NCBI GenBank assembly: GCA_963663405.2
Contig: CAXXSM010000057.1
Coordinates: 13,488 to 77,487 of the forward strand
Length of the DNA stretch: 64,000 nt
Direction: 5' to 3'
Source of the DNA: a bacterium
GTDB taxonomy: Bacteria; Hinthialibacterota; Hinthialibacteria; Hinthialibacterales; Hinthialibacteraceae
Under the pieces are notes generated by a model, which saw only the letters and a program-made list of their open reading frames with translations, did no database searches and was not told where the DNA came from. Below, in pieces: positions 35,964 to 46,710 of the stretch. The position numbers and the translations under genes were made by a program. Position 1 is the stretch's first letter. Each line of letters opens with the position of its first letter.

Positions 35964-37063
35964 TTAGGGTGTAACGGCGACGCGGAAAACGTTATGATCC
36001 ATAGAATACTGAAAGGCGGAGTGGGCGTCTTCTAAAGAAAATGTTTTTGCCACGAGATTGCCGAAAGGATATTGTGAACCATACCGATCCAGAAACACAA
36101 GAGCCGTAGCAAGATCGCCCGGCGTGTAATTATGCAGACCTTGGATCTGCTTGATTCCACGCACGATCGATTCAATCGAAACCGGTAACGATGGAGAGGG
36201 GAATGTTGATCCAACTAAAATACATTTCCCGCCAATACGGAGCGTTTCAATACAATTTTCCACGGATGGATTCACACCGCAGAATTCAAAGGACAAGTCT
36301 ACCCCACGGCCTTCCGTACGTTCATGAACGGCGGCGCGCAATTCTTCACTATTGCGTGAGATATTGACGGTAGACGTGGCGCCGAATTGCTTCGCCATTT
36401 CCAAGCGTTCATTCGATATATCAGCGATAATCACATCGCGTGCGCCCCGGCTTTTAACCATCGCCGTTGCGGTTAAGCCCAACATTCCGGCGCCGGAAAT
36501 AAAAACGATTTTTTTGTCCGCAATCCCCAGCATACCGTATTGCGGCGGAAACTGTCGCCCGTCGCGCAATTGACAGGACAGGCTACGTAATCAGGGATAT
36601 GGTCAGGAACCTTCAAGATGGCTGTGCCGGGCGCTAACAGACAATAATCCGCGAGCCCACCATTTAATGGATAGGTTGTCTCGATACTTTCGTGTCCATA
36701 TTTGAATAACCGGACACATTTTTGTGGCAGTCCATTTTGACAGAAAAAACAGTCTCCGCAGGACGCGGCGATCGACCAAGTGATGCGATCGCCTTTTTGT
36801 AAGACTTGACCGTTGAAATCTTTCATTTCGCTGGAAGAAGGTAACTCGGACACCCGGCCCAGGATTTCATGGCCGAGGACGGTCGGGCAGGGGGTATTCC
36901 GGTTCCCTTTATACGTATGAATATCGCTGCCACATAAGGTCGTACAAATAACTTGCGCCAACACTTCCCCAGCTTGAGGCGCGGGTAGAGTAACATTACG
37001 CAATTCCAACTCTTGCTCCGGTCCGTGAAACAGGATGGCTCGCGCGGTTTCAGATTCCATCAT
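35964..37063 (-). CDS. Zinc-binding alcohol dehydrogenase (resembles the phosphonate-catabolism-associated subfamily); two frameshifts
   Basis: CGSDIH, GHE, C-x2-C-x2-C-x7-C structural zinc site, GAGMLG. Reads CATATVSAAIRYAGDCGQKIVFISGAG after removing one base at 36558-36560 and one in T7 at 36509-36515. Confidence 0.85.
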
Positions 37064-37392
37064 TTCAATCTCCGCTATCTCTTTTGGTTATTTGTCAAGA
37101 TCAATATTAACCTGTCAATTGGGATTGATACTTGATATCTTCCATTGCCCTATAAATCACAACATCAACCAAAAATAATTTCCAAACAAAACAATAAGAA
37201 TATCAAAATATATCTCTCGTGATACGCTCATTTTTTCTATTTAAAATTCTTCTTTTCATATCATTATTTGAACGGAGGATTGTAATGTCACAGATCATTA
37301 GACGCGCGTACACTAGGATACGCAAATAGATTATCCTGTCTGCGTTTTATTTGTGCGTCACAGTTCAGTCGACAAATTTGACCCAATGGAGA

Positions 37393-37767
37393 TTATTTTT
37401 GTTGGAGGATGGATGGTGTCAGATCTTGCGGTTGACTCGTTGGTTGTTGGCTTTGTCCTTGCAAGACTGGAGTATATTTCTGACCTTGCTGTTGCCCTTG
37501 TTCTTTCATCGCATCGTTATACCCCTGCTGATATCCTTGCTGGCGCGCTTGTTCCTTTTGATTGTCGATGTGATCATTGAGCAGCGCTCCACCGGCTGCG
37601 CCCGCCCCCGCGCCGATTAGGGTGCTTTCTGTGTCCCCTCCAATTAACTGACCGGCGACCGCTCCCACTCCCCCGCCTACCATAGCCCCTTTCTGCGCGG
37701 GGGAGCCGCATCCCACTGCGAAGATGACCACACTGACGAATAAGATAATTGACACGATCGTTTTCAT
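37393..37767 (-). CDS. Glycine-zipper lipoprotein with Gln-rich tail
   Basis: MKTIVSIILFVSVVIFAVG|C lipobox; GAMVGGGVGAVAG and LIGAGAGAAGG zippers. Confidence 0.85.
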   Translation of the reverse strand: MKTIVSIILFVSVVIFAVGCGSPAQKGAMVGGGVGAVAGQLIGGDTESTLIGAGAGAAGGALLNDHIDNQKEQARQQGYQQGYNDAMKEQGQQQGQKYTPVLQGQSQQPTSQPQDLTPSILQQK

Positions 37768-37948
37768 TTCGACACTGTTCCTTTCCACCCTTTCAACCGC
37801 TGTTTTTTCAATTGTTATTATTGGATTAATATCCTTATTTTGTATTGTCCACTCATGGAAATCTCATACGATGTTAACCACGGCAACAACAAAGATACCA
37901 TAATTTTATTTTAAAAAACAGTGAAAATACAATCAAAAAGATCTTTTT

Positions 37949-38725
37949 TCACATTGATTGAACAACAAAAACATCCGATTCATCCCCGGTTGGATTTTCT
38001 CCAAATAAGATCGATTTTGGCGTTCCTTCAATCCGGGCGTAATACGACGATTCTGAATCGATTTCATTTTCAACCGACCAGGCGGTAAACTCGCTCTCCC
38101 CATAGGAGAGTTTCAACCCTTGCCGCGGAGAAATTAGTTTGGATTTATCAGGAAGCGCTCCCTTGGGACCAACCGCTTGAAAGTTAATTTCCCCTTGATC
38201 GACACCGAGCATGGCCCCATTCCACACTCCTTCACGGGGACCGATTTCATACCAGTACCCGATTTGGGGAATCGCCCGGAGGTTGAGACGGTATTCGGGG
38301 GTAACCGGTTTGACCGTGGAGTGAACCTTCGCGACAATTTTCGCGGGATACGATGTTTCGGTTAGAGAGAAAAACGAAATCTCTTTTAAGGGAGTTGGCA
38401 TCATTTCAACCGGAGGAGGGGAGCCGCCGTCATAGATCATTGCGATTGGAAACGTATGCCCCCGTTCATTCTGTAGACAAATCGATAGAGCGAAAAGACC
38501 ATAGCGGATCGATTCCGATTGCAGTTCCTCTTCGGTCGCATAGATCATCCAAAGTTTGACCATTGGATTGAGCAGTTCTTGGAGTGTGCTGAGCCACGCC
38601 ATTTTTTTGAGATCATCTTCCCAATAGGCGCCGTCGATCGACAGTCCGTACGCCTTCATTTTTTGCGCGATTTGCTGGATCTGTTCTTCTGATTTGGACA
38701 GTGATGTTAACCAGATTGATTTCAC
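37949..38725 (-). CDS. Hypothetical cytoplasmic protein downstream of tssH (probable T6SS accessory protein)
   Basis: 258 aa ORF 90 bp downstream of tssH on the same strand; alpha/beta N-terminal half and beta-rich C-terminal half; no motif I recognise. Confidence 0.65.
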   Translation of the reverse strand: MKSIWLTSLSKSEEQIQQIAQKMKAYGLSIDGAYWEDDLKKMAWLSTLQELLNPMVKLWMIYATEEELQSESIRYGLFALSICLQNERGHTFPIAMIYDGGSPPPVEMMPTPLKEISFFSLTETSYPAKIVAKVHSTVKPVTPEYRLNLRAIPQIGYWYEIGPREGVWNGAMLGVDQGEINFQAVGPKGALPDKSKLISPRQGLKLSYGESEFTAWSVENEIDSESSYYARIEGTPKSILFGENPTGDESDVFVVQSM

Positions 38726-38815
38726 AGCGCATGACCTTTCAAGTAATAATAGTCTTAGTTTCAGTGGGGAAACGAAGGTTTTACTTTCCCTAACACTGCA
38801 AACACGGCTTCGCCA

Positions 38816-41452
38816 TTAGGACTCAACTCCATCGAAAGAAACAGAAAATTCCCCAGCTTCCGTGACATCCAAATGGACTTGGGCGGGCATTTCACCTTCG
38901 CTCATATAAGCGAGTATCTTTTTAGCCATCATGGGCATGACGGTTCCCCGCATGATGAAATCGATGTTACGCGCGCCGGTTTCGATTTCAACGCATCGCT
39001 CCGCGATTTGATCTACGACCGCCTGGGAATAGGTCAGTTTCATTTTATTGTTCGTCATCATCCGGCCGACCAGTTTTCCCAGTTTCAGCGTAGTGATTTC
39101 CTTCATAAAATCAGGAGGTAATGTGTAATAGGGAATCGCCGTCATACGCGCCAGTAAAGCGGGTTTGAAGTGATTGCTGAGAATGGGCCGAACCGCTCCC
39201 ATGACGACATCCATCGGAGGGGTGTCATCGCCTTTTGTCATTTCGGTGATGACATCCGTCGCTAAATTGCTGGTTAGGATAATGACGGTATTTTTGAAAT
39301 CGATCACGCGTCCTTCCCCATCACTTAGCGTCCCCTTGTCAAAGACTTGATAAAACAGTTCCAGCACCTCAATGTGAGCTTTTTCCACTTCATCAAGCAG
39401 CACAACGCTATAGGGCCGTTGCCTCACCGCTTCGGTAAGAACGCCTCCTTCACCGTAGCCGACATACCCCGGAGGAGAGCCGATGAGGCGGCTCACCGTA
39501 TGCTTTTCTTGAAATTCGCTCATATTGATGGTGACCATAGACTGCTCTCCTCCAAAAAGGAGATCCGCAATCGATAACGCCGTCTCTGTTTTCCCTACAC
39601 CGCTGGGCCCCACCAACAGAAACACTCCAAGGGGTTCATTCGCATTGGTCAAACCGGATTTCGAAGATTCCAGCACTTCACTCAAAGCGAGAATCGCATG
39701 ATCCTGACCACGGATTCGTCCCATGAGATTCGTTTTCAAATTCAGAACGCTTTGGGCCTCATCACGAAGCACTTTCCCCAAGGGGATGCCTGTCCAATCC
39801 GATACCACTTTGCAAATGACTTCGGTGTCCACTTCGATATGCGCCAAAGGTTGATCGCCTTGCAGTTCGTCGAGATGAGCCAGCGCATCCAGAATCTTTT
39901 TCTGTTGCTCTTCCTTCCCGCTTTCCTCTTCGATTTCTCCCATCTGTCCACGCAGTTCTTGTATTTCTTGAATCGCGGATTGGATCGTTTCCCACCGGGC
40001 GGTTATGGCATCCAGTTCAGTTTGTAAACCGGTTAATTCCTCCTCAAGCGCGGCGAGACGTTCTTCGTCAATTTCCGCGCCGTTTTGGCGATCTCTGAGA
40101 AGCCCTTGTTTTTCCCGTAAAAGTGATTGAATGGCTCGTTCTTTATCCTCCAGCGCGTCGGGTTTGGAAGAGAGGCCGATTTTGACACGAGCGCCGCTTG
40201 TGTCTAACAAGTCTACCGCTTTGTCGGGAAGTTGACGGCCGATGATATATCGGTTCGCCATTTCCGCAGAGGCGATAATCGCGTCATCCCGGATGGCGAC
40301 TTTATGCGCTTCTTCGTATTTTTCTTTCAATCCGCGCAGGATTTGAATCGTTGTCTCGACGGAAGGTTCATCTAATTTGACCAGTTGGAAGCGTCTCGTT
40401 AACGCGGGATCTTTCTCAAAATATTTTTTATATTCCGACCAAGTCGTCGCCGCGATCGTGCGCAATTCCCCGCGGGCCAAGGCGGGTTTGAGAAGGTTGG
40501 CGGCGTCACCGCCTCCCGCCTGTCCCCCCGCGCCGATCATGGTATGCGCTTCATCGATGAACATGATGATTGGTTTGGGAGAGGATTTGACTTCTTTAAT
40601 CACATTTTTTAAGCGGTTTTCAAATTCCCCTTTCACGCCGGCCCCCGCTTCGAGCAAGCCCATATCCAATCCAAGCACGATTACTCCTTTCAGCTCATCG
40701 GGGACGTCATCTTCAACAATGCGAAGCGCGAATCCTTCCACGACGGCTGTTTTGCCGACACCGGCTTCCCCCACGATGATGGGATTGTTCTTCCGGCGGC
40801 GGGATAGAATATCAATCATCTGGCGGATTTCACGGTCCCGGCCAAATACGGGATCAATTTCCCCATTTTGCGCTTTTTCAGTAAAATTCACCGTGAACTT
40901 TTGCAGCGCGGTACCCACCGCGGGAGCGCCGTCTTCTGTTTCTCCCTCTGGGGCGCCTTCTGTATACGCGGCTCTCTCTTCGGATGAGTTTTTGACGATT
41001 GCCCAGTACTCGGACAACAGCGCTTCTTTCTTGATGCTTTTAACAATCGTCTCGTAGCGTTCCGAGCCGAAGAACGCGGGTTTTGAAATCATCGCGAGGA
41101 GCACGGCTCCCGATCGAATTTGGGTTTCGTTCAAATCGATCGAGGAGATCAACCATGCGTCTTGAAACAGTTCGAGCAGCAGCGGAGAGAACGCGGGTTT
41201 GCCGGAATTGCCCGAATTAAATTCATCCATCGCCTCATCAACCGCTCGTTTCAATCGGCCGGGATCCAGATTGAAATGGCGGAAAATCAGTGATACGTCG
41301 CATTGCGTATCCTCGATCACTTTTGATAAAAAATGTTCCGCAGTCACTTCATAGTGCGTCCGGGAAACACTAAATCCCGCAGCCGCATGCAGGGCGGATG
41401 TACAAAACATGTTCAATCGCGATAATAGAGTTTTCAAATCGACCGAGATCAT
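38816..41452 (-). CDS. tssH: T6SS AAA+ ATPase ClpV
   Basis: DLKTLLSRLN..SRTHYEV ClpV N-terminus; RRRKNNPIIVGEAGVGKT; GPSGVGKTET; LIGSPPGYVGYGEGGVLTEAVRQRPYSV. Confidence 0.97.
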   Translation of the reverse strand: MISVDLKTLLSRLNMFCTSALHAAAGFSVSRTHYEVTAEHFLSKVIEDTQCDVSLIFRHFNLDPGRLKRAVDEAMDEFNSGNSGKPAFSPLLLELFQDAWLISSIDLNETQIRSGAVLLAMISKPAFFGSERYETIVKSIKKEALLSEYWAIVKNSSEERAAYTEGAPEGETEDGAPAVGTALQKFTVNFTEKAQNGEIDPVFGRDREIRQMIDILSRRRKNNPIIVGEAGVGKTAVVEGFALRIVEDDVPDELKGVIVLGLDMGLLEAGAGVKGEFENRLKNVIKEVKSSPKPIIMFIDEAHTMIGAGGQAGGGDAANLLKPALARGELRTIAATTWSEYKKYFEKDPALTRRFQLVKLDEPSVETTIQILRGLKEKYEEAHKVAIRDDAIIASAEMANRYIIGRQLPDKAVDLLDTSGARVKIGLSSKPDALEDKERAIQSLLREKQGLLRDRQNGAEIDEERLAALEEELTGLQTELDAITARWETIQSAIQEIQELRGQMGEIEEESGKEEQQKKILDALAHLDELQGDQPLAHIEVDTEVICKVVSDWTGIPLGKVLRDEAQSVLNLKTNLMGRIRGQDHAILALSEVLESSKSGLTNANEPLGVFLLVGPSGVGKTETALSIADLLFGGEQSMVTINMSEFQEKHTVSRLIGSPPGYVGYGEGGVLTEAVRQRPYSVVLLDEVEKAHIEVLELFYQVFDKGTLSDGEGRVIDFKNTVIILTSNLATDVITEMTKGDDTPPMDVVMGAVRPILSNHFKPALLARMTAIPYYTLPPDFMKEITTLKLGKLVGRMMTNNKMKLTYSQAVVDQIAERCVEIETGARNIDFIMRGTVMPMMAKKILAYMSEGEMPAQVHLDVTEAGEFSVSFDGVES

Positions 41453-41813
41453 CGACTGCTGCCTCCTGTATGAAAAACAGTGTGTTTGGTTTTTCTCCCT
41501 GGCGGACGAAGCGAAGAAAATCGTTCATTGAAGTCTTTACAATTCAAAAGCAATCCATCGTTTAAAACTATTAAGTATCGCATTTTATCGCGAATTTTTA
41601 TAGTCTTCCCTTGTTTTTTTCACAAGAAATAAACGAAAATATATATAAAAAAAGTGTATGATAAATGTAGGATCGTATTGAAGTGTTATTCCTCTATTCT
41701 GGTTAATAATCTTTTATCATTATTCTTTTTACTGACTATAAAACAGACCGATTCGATTCTTTTTACTTGATGACTGGCGCTCGATACAATTCTGATAAGG
41801 TGGATTGAGGATT

Positions 41814-43374
41814 ATGGATTATCAAGAACTCATAAAAAAACCAATTAATGAAGAAAAACCTGCGGGAGAAAATGCCCGTTACGAACATGAGTATATCGAT
41901 TTACAAAATGAAATCGATAAACTCGCAGGAGTGACTGAACAGATCGACTGGACCAAGGTCCTCAAACTGGCGTTAAAGATTTTATCAGAGAAATCCAAAG
42001 ATCTGAAAGTGGCATTATATCTAACCGACGCCTTGGCCAATACGGAGAAATTGGACGGTTTCGCCCAGGGGATCGTCCTTCTCAGTGATTTGCTGGAAAA
42101 CTTTTGGGATGGACTCTTCCCCGATCGGGAGAACCGCCGGAAAAAAATGATTGAGGGATTTATTGAGAAATACGCGGATTTTCTCTCCTCCCTGGACATT
42201 CCTCCTCAACCCGTTGATAAAATCAAAGCGTTGACAGAATCGATCAAAAAAATCGACTCATTCTTAGCGGAGAAAATGGAGGACGCGCCTCTGTTTCGGC
42301 CACTGGAAAGTGGCGTTGCCAGGATCCCTCTTCAAGAAGAGAAAAAAACAGAATCAGCGCCCTCGAAACCGGTGGATACTTCAACGGCGGCGGCTGCCGC
42401 TCCTCCGCATCCTGTGGAAAGATCACCGGTTCCAGTGGAAGAAAGCGCCTCCGACGTCTCTTCAATCAAGGAAGCGAAAAAGGAGTTAAATAGAATCCTC
42501 CCTTCGTTGCGAAAGATTGCCGGCGCCTATTTAAAAGAAAATCAAGCGCAAGGAACCGGCTATCGATACAATCGCATCGCCGCCTGGTTGCAAATCAATC
42601 AAGCGCCTCTTGCGGACAAAAAGAAAACCCAAATTCCACCCCCGGACGCGCAAACAGCAAAAGCGTTGGAAACGCTCTATAACAATCAAGATTGGGAGAA
42701 TTTGCTAACCAGCGCGGAATCGAATATCTCCCGGTTTATCTATTGGTTCGATTTACACCGGTATGTGTCTGAATCACTCGGTCAATTAGGGGGAAACTAC
42801 CGTCCGGCGCGGGAGATCGTCGATCAAATGACGGCTTCTTTTGTAGGCCGGTTAAAAGGGGTCGAAAATATGACATTTTCCGATGGGACTCCCTTTGCCG
42901 ATCCAGCGACGAAACAATGGCTGAAAAGTATCGCTCCCTCGTCCAGGGATGAGGATGGATTTGGGACAGGATCAAAAAGTGGAAATGGGGCGGCCGCCAA
43001 AGTGGAGGAGGAATATAAAACGTGCAGCGCTTTATTGAAAGAGAAAAAAACGGCGGAAGCGGTTAAAACGGATTCACAATCAATACAGCCAGAGCGCATC
43101 CGCCGGGGATCGCTTCCTTTGGCGCATCGCTTTGACTCGCCTTCTTATCGACGCCCAAAAAATCAAATTGGCGCTTCCCTATTTGTATGATATATTGGAT
43201 GACATTGAAGCGTACCGTGTGGATGTGTGGGATCCCGAACTCGCGATGAAAGGATACAAACTAGCTTACGAAGGATTCCTCTTATGTGAGGACGCCCATC
43301 CGGAAACAGCGTCTAAGTTGATCGTGTCCATGGCGAAAATCAATCCTTGCGCCCTTTTGGAATATGATCTTTAA
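41814..43374 (+). CDS. tssA: T6SS protein TssA (ImpA_N plus VasJ-like C-terminus); one frameshift
   Basis: PAGENARY..IDW..SKDL..FWDGLFP ImpA_N; WFDLHRY, FSDGTPFAD..T..WL. Joins ORF 43132-43374 through GDRFLWR if one A is removed at 43065-43068. Confidence 0.9.
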
Positions 43375-43433
43375 ATCTAATATAAAGGGATTTTAAATCC
43401 ATAACTGTTTGCCTAATGAATTGAGGAGGATGG

Positions 43434-43919
43434 ATGATGGCTAAAGAAAGTTCGATCGCGCCGAAAGAACGTGTCAATATCACTTACAAACCCGCCACGG
43501 GAGTGGATGAGGAAGTGGAACTTCCCCTTCGGGTTATGGTGATGGGAGATTTTACACTCAAAGAGGACGAAACCATATTGGAAGAGCGGGAAGCCGACCA
43601 GATCGACAAAGACAATTTCAATGATGTCCTCAAAGGAAAAAATATCAATCTTCAGATAACTGTGCCGGACAAGTTGGGGGATGATCCAGATGGACAGTTG
43701 GATGTAAGTTTGAAACTGGATCATATGAACAAATTCAAACCAGATGAAATTGTCAACCAAGTGCCGGAAATGCAGAAATTGTTGGAACTGCGGGAATCGC
43801 TGAAAGCGTTGAAAGCCCCGCTGGGGAATGTTCCGGCGTTTCGCAAAAAAATCCAAGAAATTGTCCAAGATGAAGAGACAAAAAAACGGCTGCTGAGCGA
43901 ACTGGGGATTAAAGAATAA
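43434..43919 (+). CDS. tssB: T6SS contractile sheath small subunit, copy 1
   Basis: SIAPKERVNITY..EVELPL..MGDFT, QVPE..KLLELRESL..LKAPLGNVPAFRK. Confidence 0.97.
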   Translation: MMAKESSIAPKERVNITYKPATGVDEEVELPLRVMVMGDFTLKEDETILEEREADQIDKDNFNDVLKGKNINLQITVPDKLGDDPDGQLDVSLKLDHMNKFKPDEIVNQVPEMQKLLELRESLKALKAPLGNVPAFRKKIQEIVQDEETKKRLLSELGIKE

Positions 43920-44046
43920 TCCAGTCTATCTATCGAATGAGAGTGATCGAGAGATTTTGAAAAGGACGAACGAATTCTTCGAGAGACGCGTTTCGCCTGA
44001 TAACCATTCATTGTAACGAATTCTTATCGTGCAAGGAGTAAATACG

Positions 44047-45528
44047 ATGCCTGATGGTATGAACGATACCGAGAAAGTTAAAGAGACCACAACCACGCAA
44101 GAAACAAATTTACTCGATGACATTATTCAAGTCACTAAGTTAAAGCCTGCGGATGAAACGTATTCCATGACGAAGCAGGCGTTGCAGGAATATATCAATA
44201 AATTGGTCAAGCGGCCTGGCGAGAGAGTGTCCCAGGCCTTGGTCGATGAAATGATCGCGGATCTCGACCGGAAATTATCCCAGCAGGTCGACGCCATTAT
44301 CCATCACGCTGATTTTCAAAAATTAGAGTCTTCATGGCGGGGATTGCAATACCTTGTCCGGGAAACGAATTTCCGGGAAAACATCCGGATCGATGTTCTA
44401 AACGTTAAAAAAGAAGAATTGATTGATGATTTCGAGGACGCACCCGAAATTCCCAAGTCCGCGCTTTATCGCAAAGTCTATTCAGAAGGGTATGGCCAGT
44501 TCGGGGGCAAACCGTATGGCCTTATGGTGGGGGACTTCTCATTCGACTATGGGAATCAAGATATTGAACTGCTCAAAAAACTTGGCAGTGTGGCGTGTAT
44601 GTCCCACGCGCCGTTTATCACGGGCGTGTCCCCTCGAATGTTTGGAGTCGATCAATTCAGCGAACTGCCAAACTTGAAGGATCTCAAGTCGATTTTCGAA
44701 ATGCCGCAATACACCAATTGGCGTGGCTTCCGTGATTCGGAAGACGCGAGGTATGTTGGATTAGTGGCCCCGCGCTTTTTATCCCGCCTCCCCTACAGCC
44801 CTGAAACGGCGCCCGCTAAATCCTTTACATACCGGGAGGATGTTTCGGACGGTGACGGCCGGTTCTCGTGGAGCAACGCGGCGTACGCCATGGCGTCCTG
44901 TATCACGAAAAGTTTCGCCAAATACCGCTTCTGCGCCAATATCATCGGCCCCAAGGGAGGGGGCGCTGTGGAAGATATGGAACTGTACGAATATGAGGAC
45001 ATGGGCACGACGAAGATCAAAAATCCTGCGGAAGTCACAATTACCGACCGGCGGGAATTCGAACTCGCCGAAGAAGGATTTATTTCTTTGGTCTACCGGC
45101 AGGATAGTGACAACGCCGCTTTCTTCTCCGCCAATTCCGTTCAGAAACCTAAGTTCTACGGCATCAGCAAAGAAGGCAAAGAGGCGGAAACAAATTACAA
45201 ACTGGGAACCCGGCTGCCCTATATGTTCGTCATGAGCCGGTTGGCCCACTATCTCAAAGTGCTGCAGCGGGAAAACATTGGAACGTGGACCTCGCGGACG
45301 AAAATGGAAGACGAACTTAACAAATGGGTCACGCAATTTGTGAACGACACGGACACTCCATCGGAAGGAACGACAAGCCGGCGGCCTCTGCGAAAGGCCC
45401 AGGTCATCGTCTCTGATGTGGAAGGGGATCCAGGTTGGTATAAAGTATCACTAAAAGTCGTTCCCCATTTCAAATATGAAGGAGCGTTCTTTGAATTATC
45501 CCTTGTCGGTAAACTGGATAAGGAATAA
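44047..45528 (+). CDS. tssC: T6SS contractile sheath large subunit, copy 1
   Basis: RBS aaggag; FQKLESSWRGL, YGQFGGKPYG, HAPFI, RLAHYLKV, SRRPLR, LSLVGKLD. Confidence 0.97.
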   Translation: MPDGMNDTEKVKETTTTQETNLLDDIIQVTKLKPADETYSMTKQALQEYINKLVKRPGERVSQALVDEMIADLDRKLSQQVDAIIHHADFQKLESSWRGLQYLVRETNFRENIRIDVLNVKKEELIDDFEDAPEIPKSALYRKVYSEGYGQFGGKPYGLMVGDFSFDYGNQDIELLKKLGSVACMSHAPFITGVSPRMFGVDQFSELPNLKDLKSIFEMPQYTNWRGFRDSEDARYVGLVAPRFLSRLPYSPETAPAKSFTYREDVSDGDGRFSWSNAAYAMASCITKSFAKYRFCANIIGPKGGGAVEDMELYEYEDMGTTKIKNPAEVTITDRREFELAEEGFISLVYRQDSDNAAFFSANSVQKPKFYGISKEGKEAETNYKLGTRLPYMFVMSRLAHYLKVLQRENIGTWTSRTKMEDELNKWVTQFVNDTDTPSEGTTSRRPLRKAQVIVSDVEGDPGWYKVSLKVVPHFKYEGAFFELSLVGKLDKE

Positions 45529-45583
45529 TCAAAACAAAAACATTAATCAATAAGGGCAGTACAACGAAAGGAGATTATCGATC

Positions 45584-46069
45584 ATGCCGATTCCGTCACA
45601 CCTGTCATTGACAGGCAATACGCAAGGGAAAATCGAAGGTTCGTGTGAAATCGTAGGCCGTGAAGGAACTATCCTCGTCTATGCGATGGATCACCTCATT
45701 CAAATTCCCCGTGATCCACGCACAGGTTTGCCCACGGGTCAGCGCGTTCATGATCCACTGACCGTAACCAAAGAATTCGACAAGAGTTCTCCCCCGTTGT
45801 ATCAAGCGCTGTGCAGTGGAGAGCAATTTAGTGAGGTGAAATTTGAATTTTATAGGATTTCACCTGAGGGAACCCAGGAACTCTACTTCACCATTACATT
45901 GGAAAACGCGATTATTGTGAATATCAAGGCATGGTATCCACCTACAATGCTGGCTTCCAGTGAACCCTACCGCCATATGGAAGATGTTTCATTCACCTAT
46001 GCGAAAATCATATGGACGTGGGAACCGGATGGCATCGAAACAGAAGATAATGTCCGGGAACCAAAATAA
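45584..46069 (+). CDS. hcp: T6SS tube protein Hcp, copy 1
   Basis: QGKIEGSC..GREG, IPRDPRTGLPTGQRVH.P..TKEFDKSSP, HMEDVSFTY.KI.W. Confidence 0.97.
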   Translation: MPIPSHLSLTGNTQGKIEGSCEIVGREGTILVYAMDHLIQIPRDPRTGLPTGQRVHDPLTVTKEFDKSSPPLYQALCSGEQFSEVKFEFYRISPEGTQELYFTITLENAIIVNIKAWYPPTMLASSEPYRHMEDVSFTYAKIIWTWEPDGIETEDNVREPK

Positions 46070-46081
46070 TTCGAAAAATCC

Positions 46082-46109
46082 GCGGCCCTCTTTTTTCTAG
46101 GAGGGCCGC
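46082..46109 (+). terminator. GC-rich stem-loop after hcp1 (terminator or mRNA-stabilising hairpin)
   Basis: gcggccctc / gagggccgc 9-bp perfect stem with 10-nt loop, 12 nt after the hcp stop; no 3' U-tract on the plus strand. Confidence 0.55.
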
Positions 46110-46142
46110 CGTCTGATTCTGCAAGACTCGTTGGAGAGATGA

Positions 46143-46650
46143 ATGGCCACTCATGAAGAAGAAATGATCCCCCCCCAGCCGAATCAGTATAAAAGTCAAA
46201 TTCCAACAAGATGGCGGGGAGGAAGTTGAACTTCCATTGAATATGCTGGTATTGGGTGATTTTACTCAAAAGGACGATGACACGCCTTTGGAGAAACGTG
46301 AACCCATATCCGTGACAAAAGAGAATTTTAATAAAGTCATGAAGGAAATGGATTTGGGCTTGTCTTTTACTGTTCCCGATGCGCTCTCGGATGAGGAAGA
46401 TGTCTTGCCCGTTGATTTAAAATTCTCTAGTTTAAAAGATTTCGAACCAGATAACGTCGCCAAACAGATCCAACCGCTTAAAAAATTGATTCAAATCCGG
46501 ACGCTGCTGCGGGACTTGAAAGCCCGTGTGGATAATGAAGTGGATTTACGAATCAAAGTCACGGAAATTCTCAAGCACGTGAGAGAAAATCGCGATAAAG
46601 AATCATTATTGGATGATATCAACGCGCTCATCGAACAGGCGGCGCCCTAG
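46143..46650 (+). CDS. tssB: T6SS contractile sheath small subunit, copy 2; frameshift in C8 run
   Basis: RBS ggagag then ATG 46143; with seven instead of eight C at 46169-46176 it reads MATHEEEMIPPSRISIKVK..EEVELPLNMLVLGDFT..LKFSSLKDFEPD. Confidence 0.88.
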
Positions 46651-46710
46651 TCCGGATCATTCAATCTTAGTGTGCAATGGCATGAGCGGGAAACTACGGG
46701 AATTGAGGTT

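Noticed and set aside
40377-41057. 226 aa plus-strand ORF
   Set aside because: Antisense shadow of clpV, typical for conserved Clp ATPase genes.
41453-41813. Sigma-54 promoter in the divergent tssH/tssA spacer
   Set aside because: The TGGC sites I checked on the plus strand lack the GG-N10-GC spacing; no promoter could be called.
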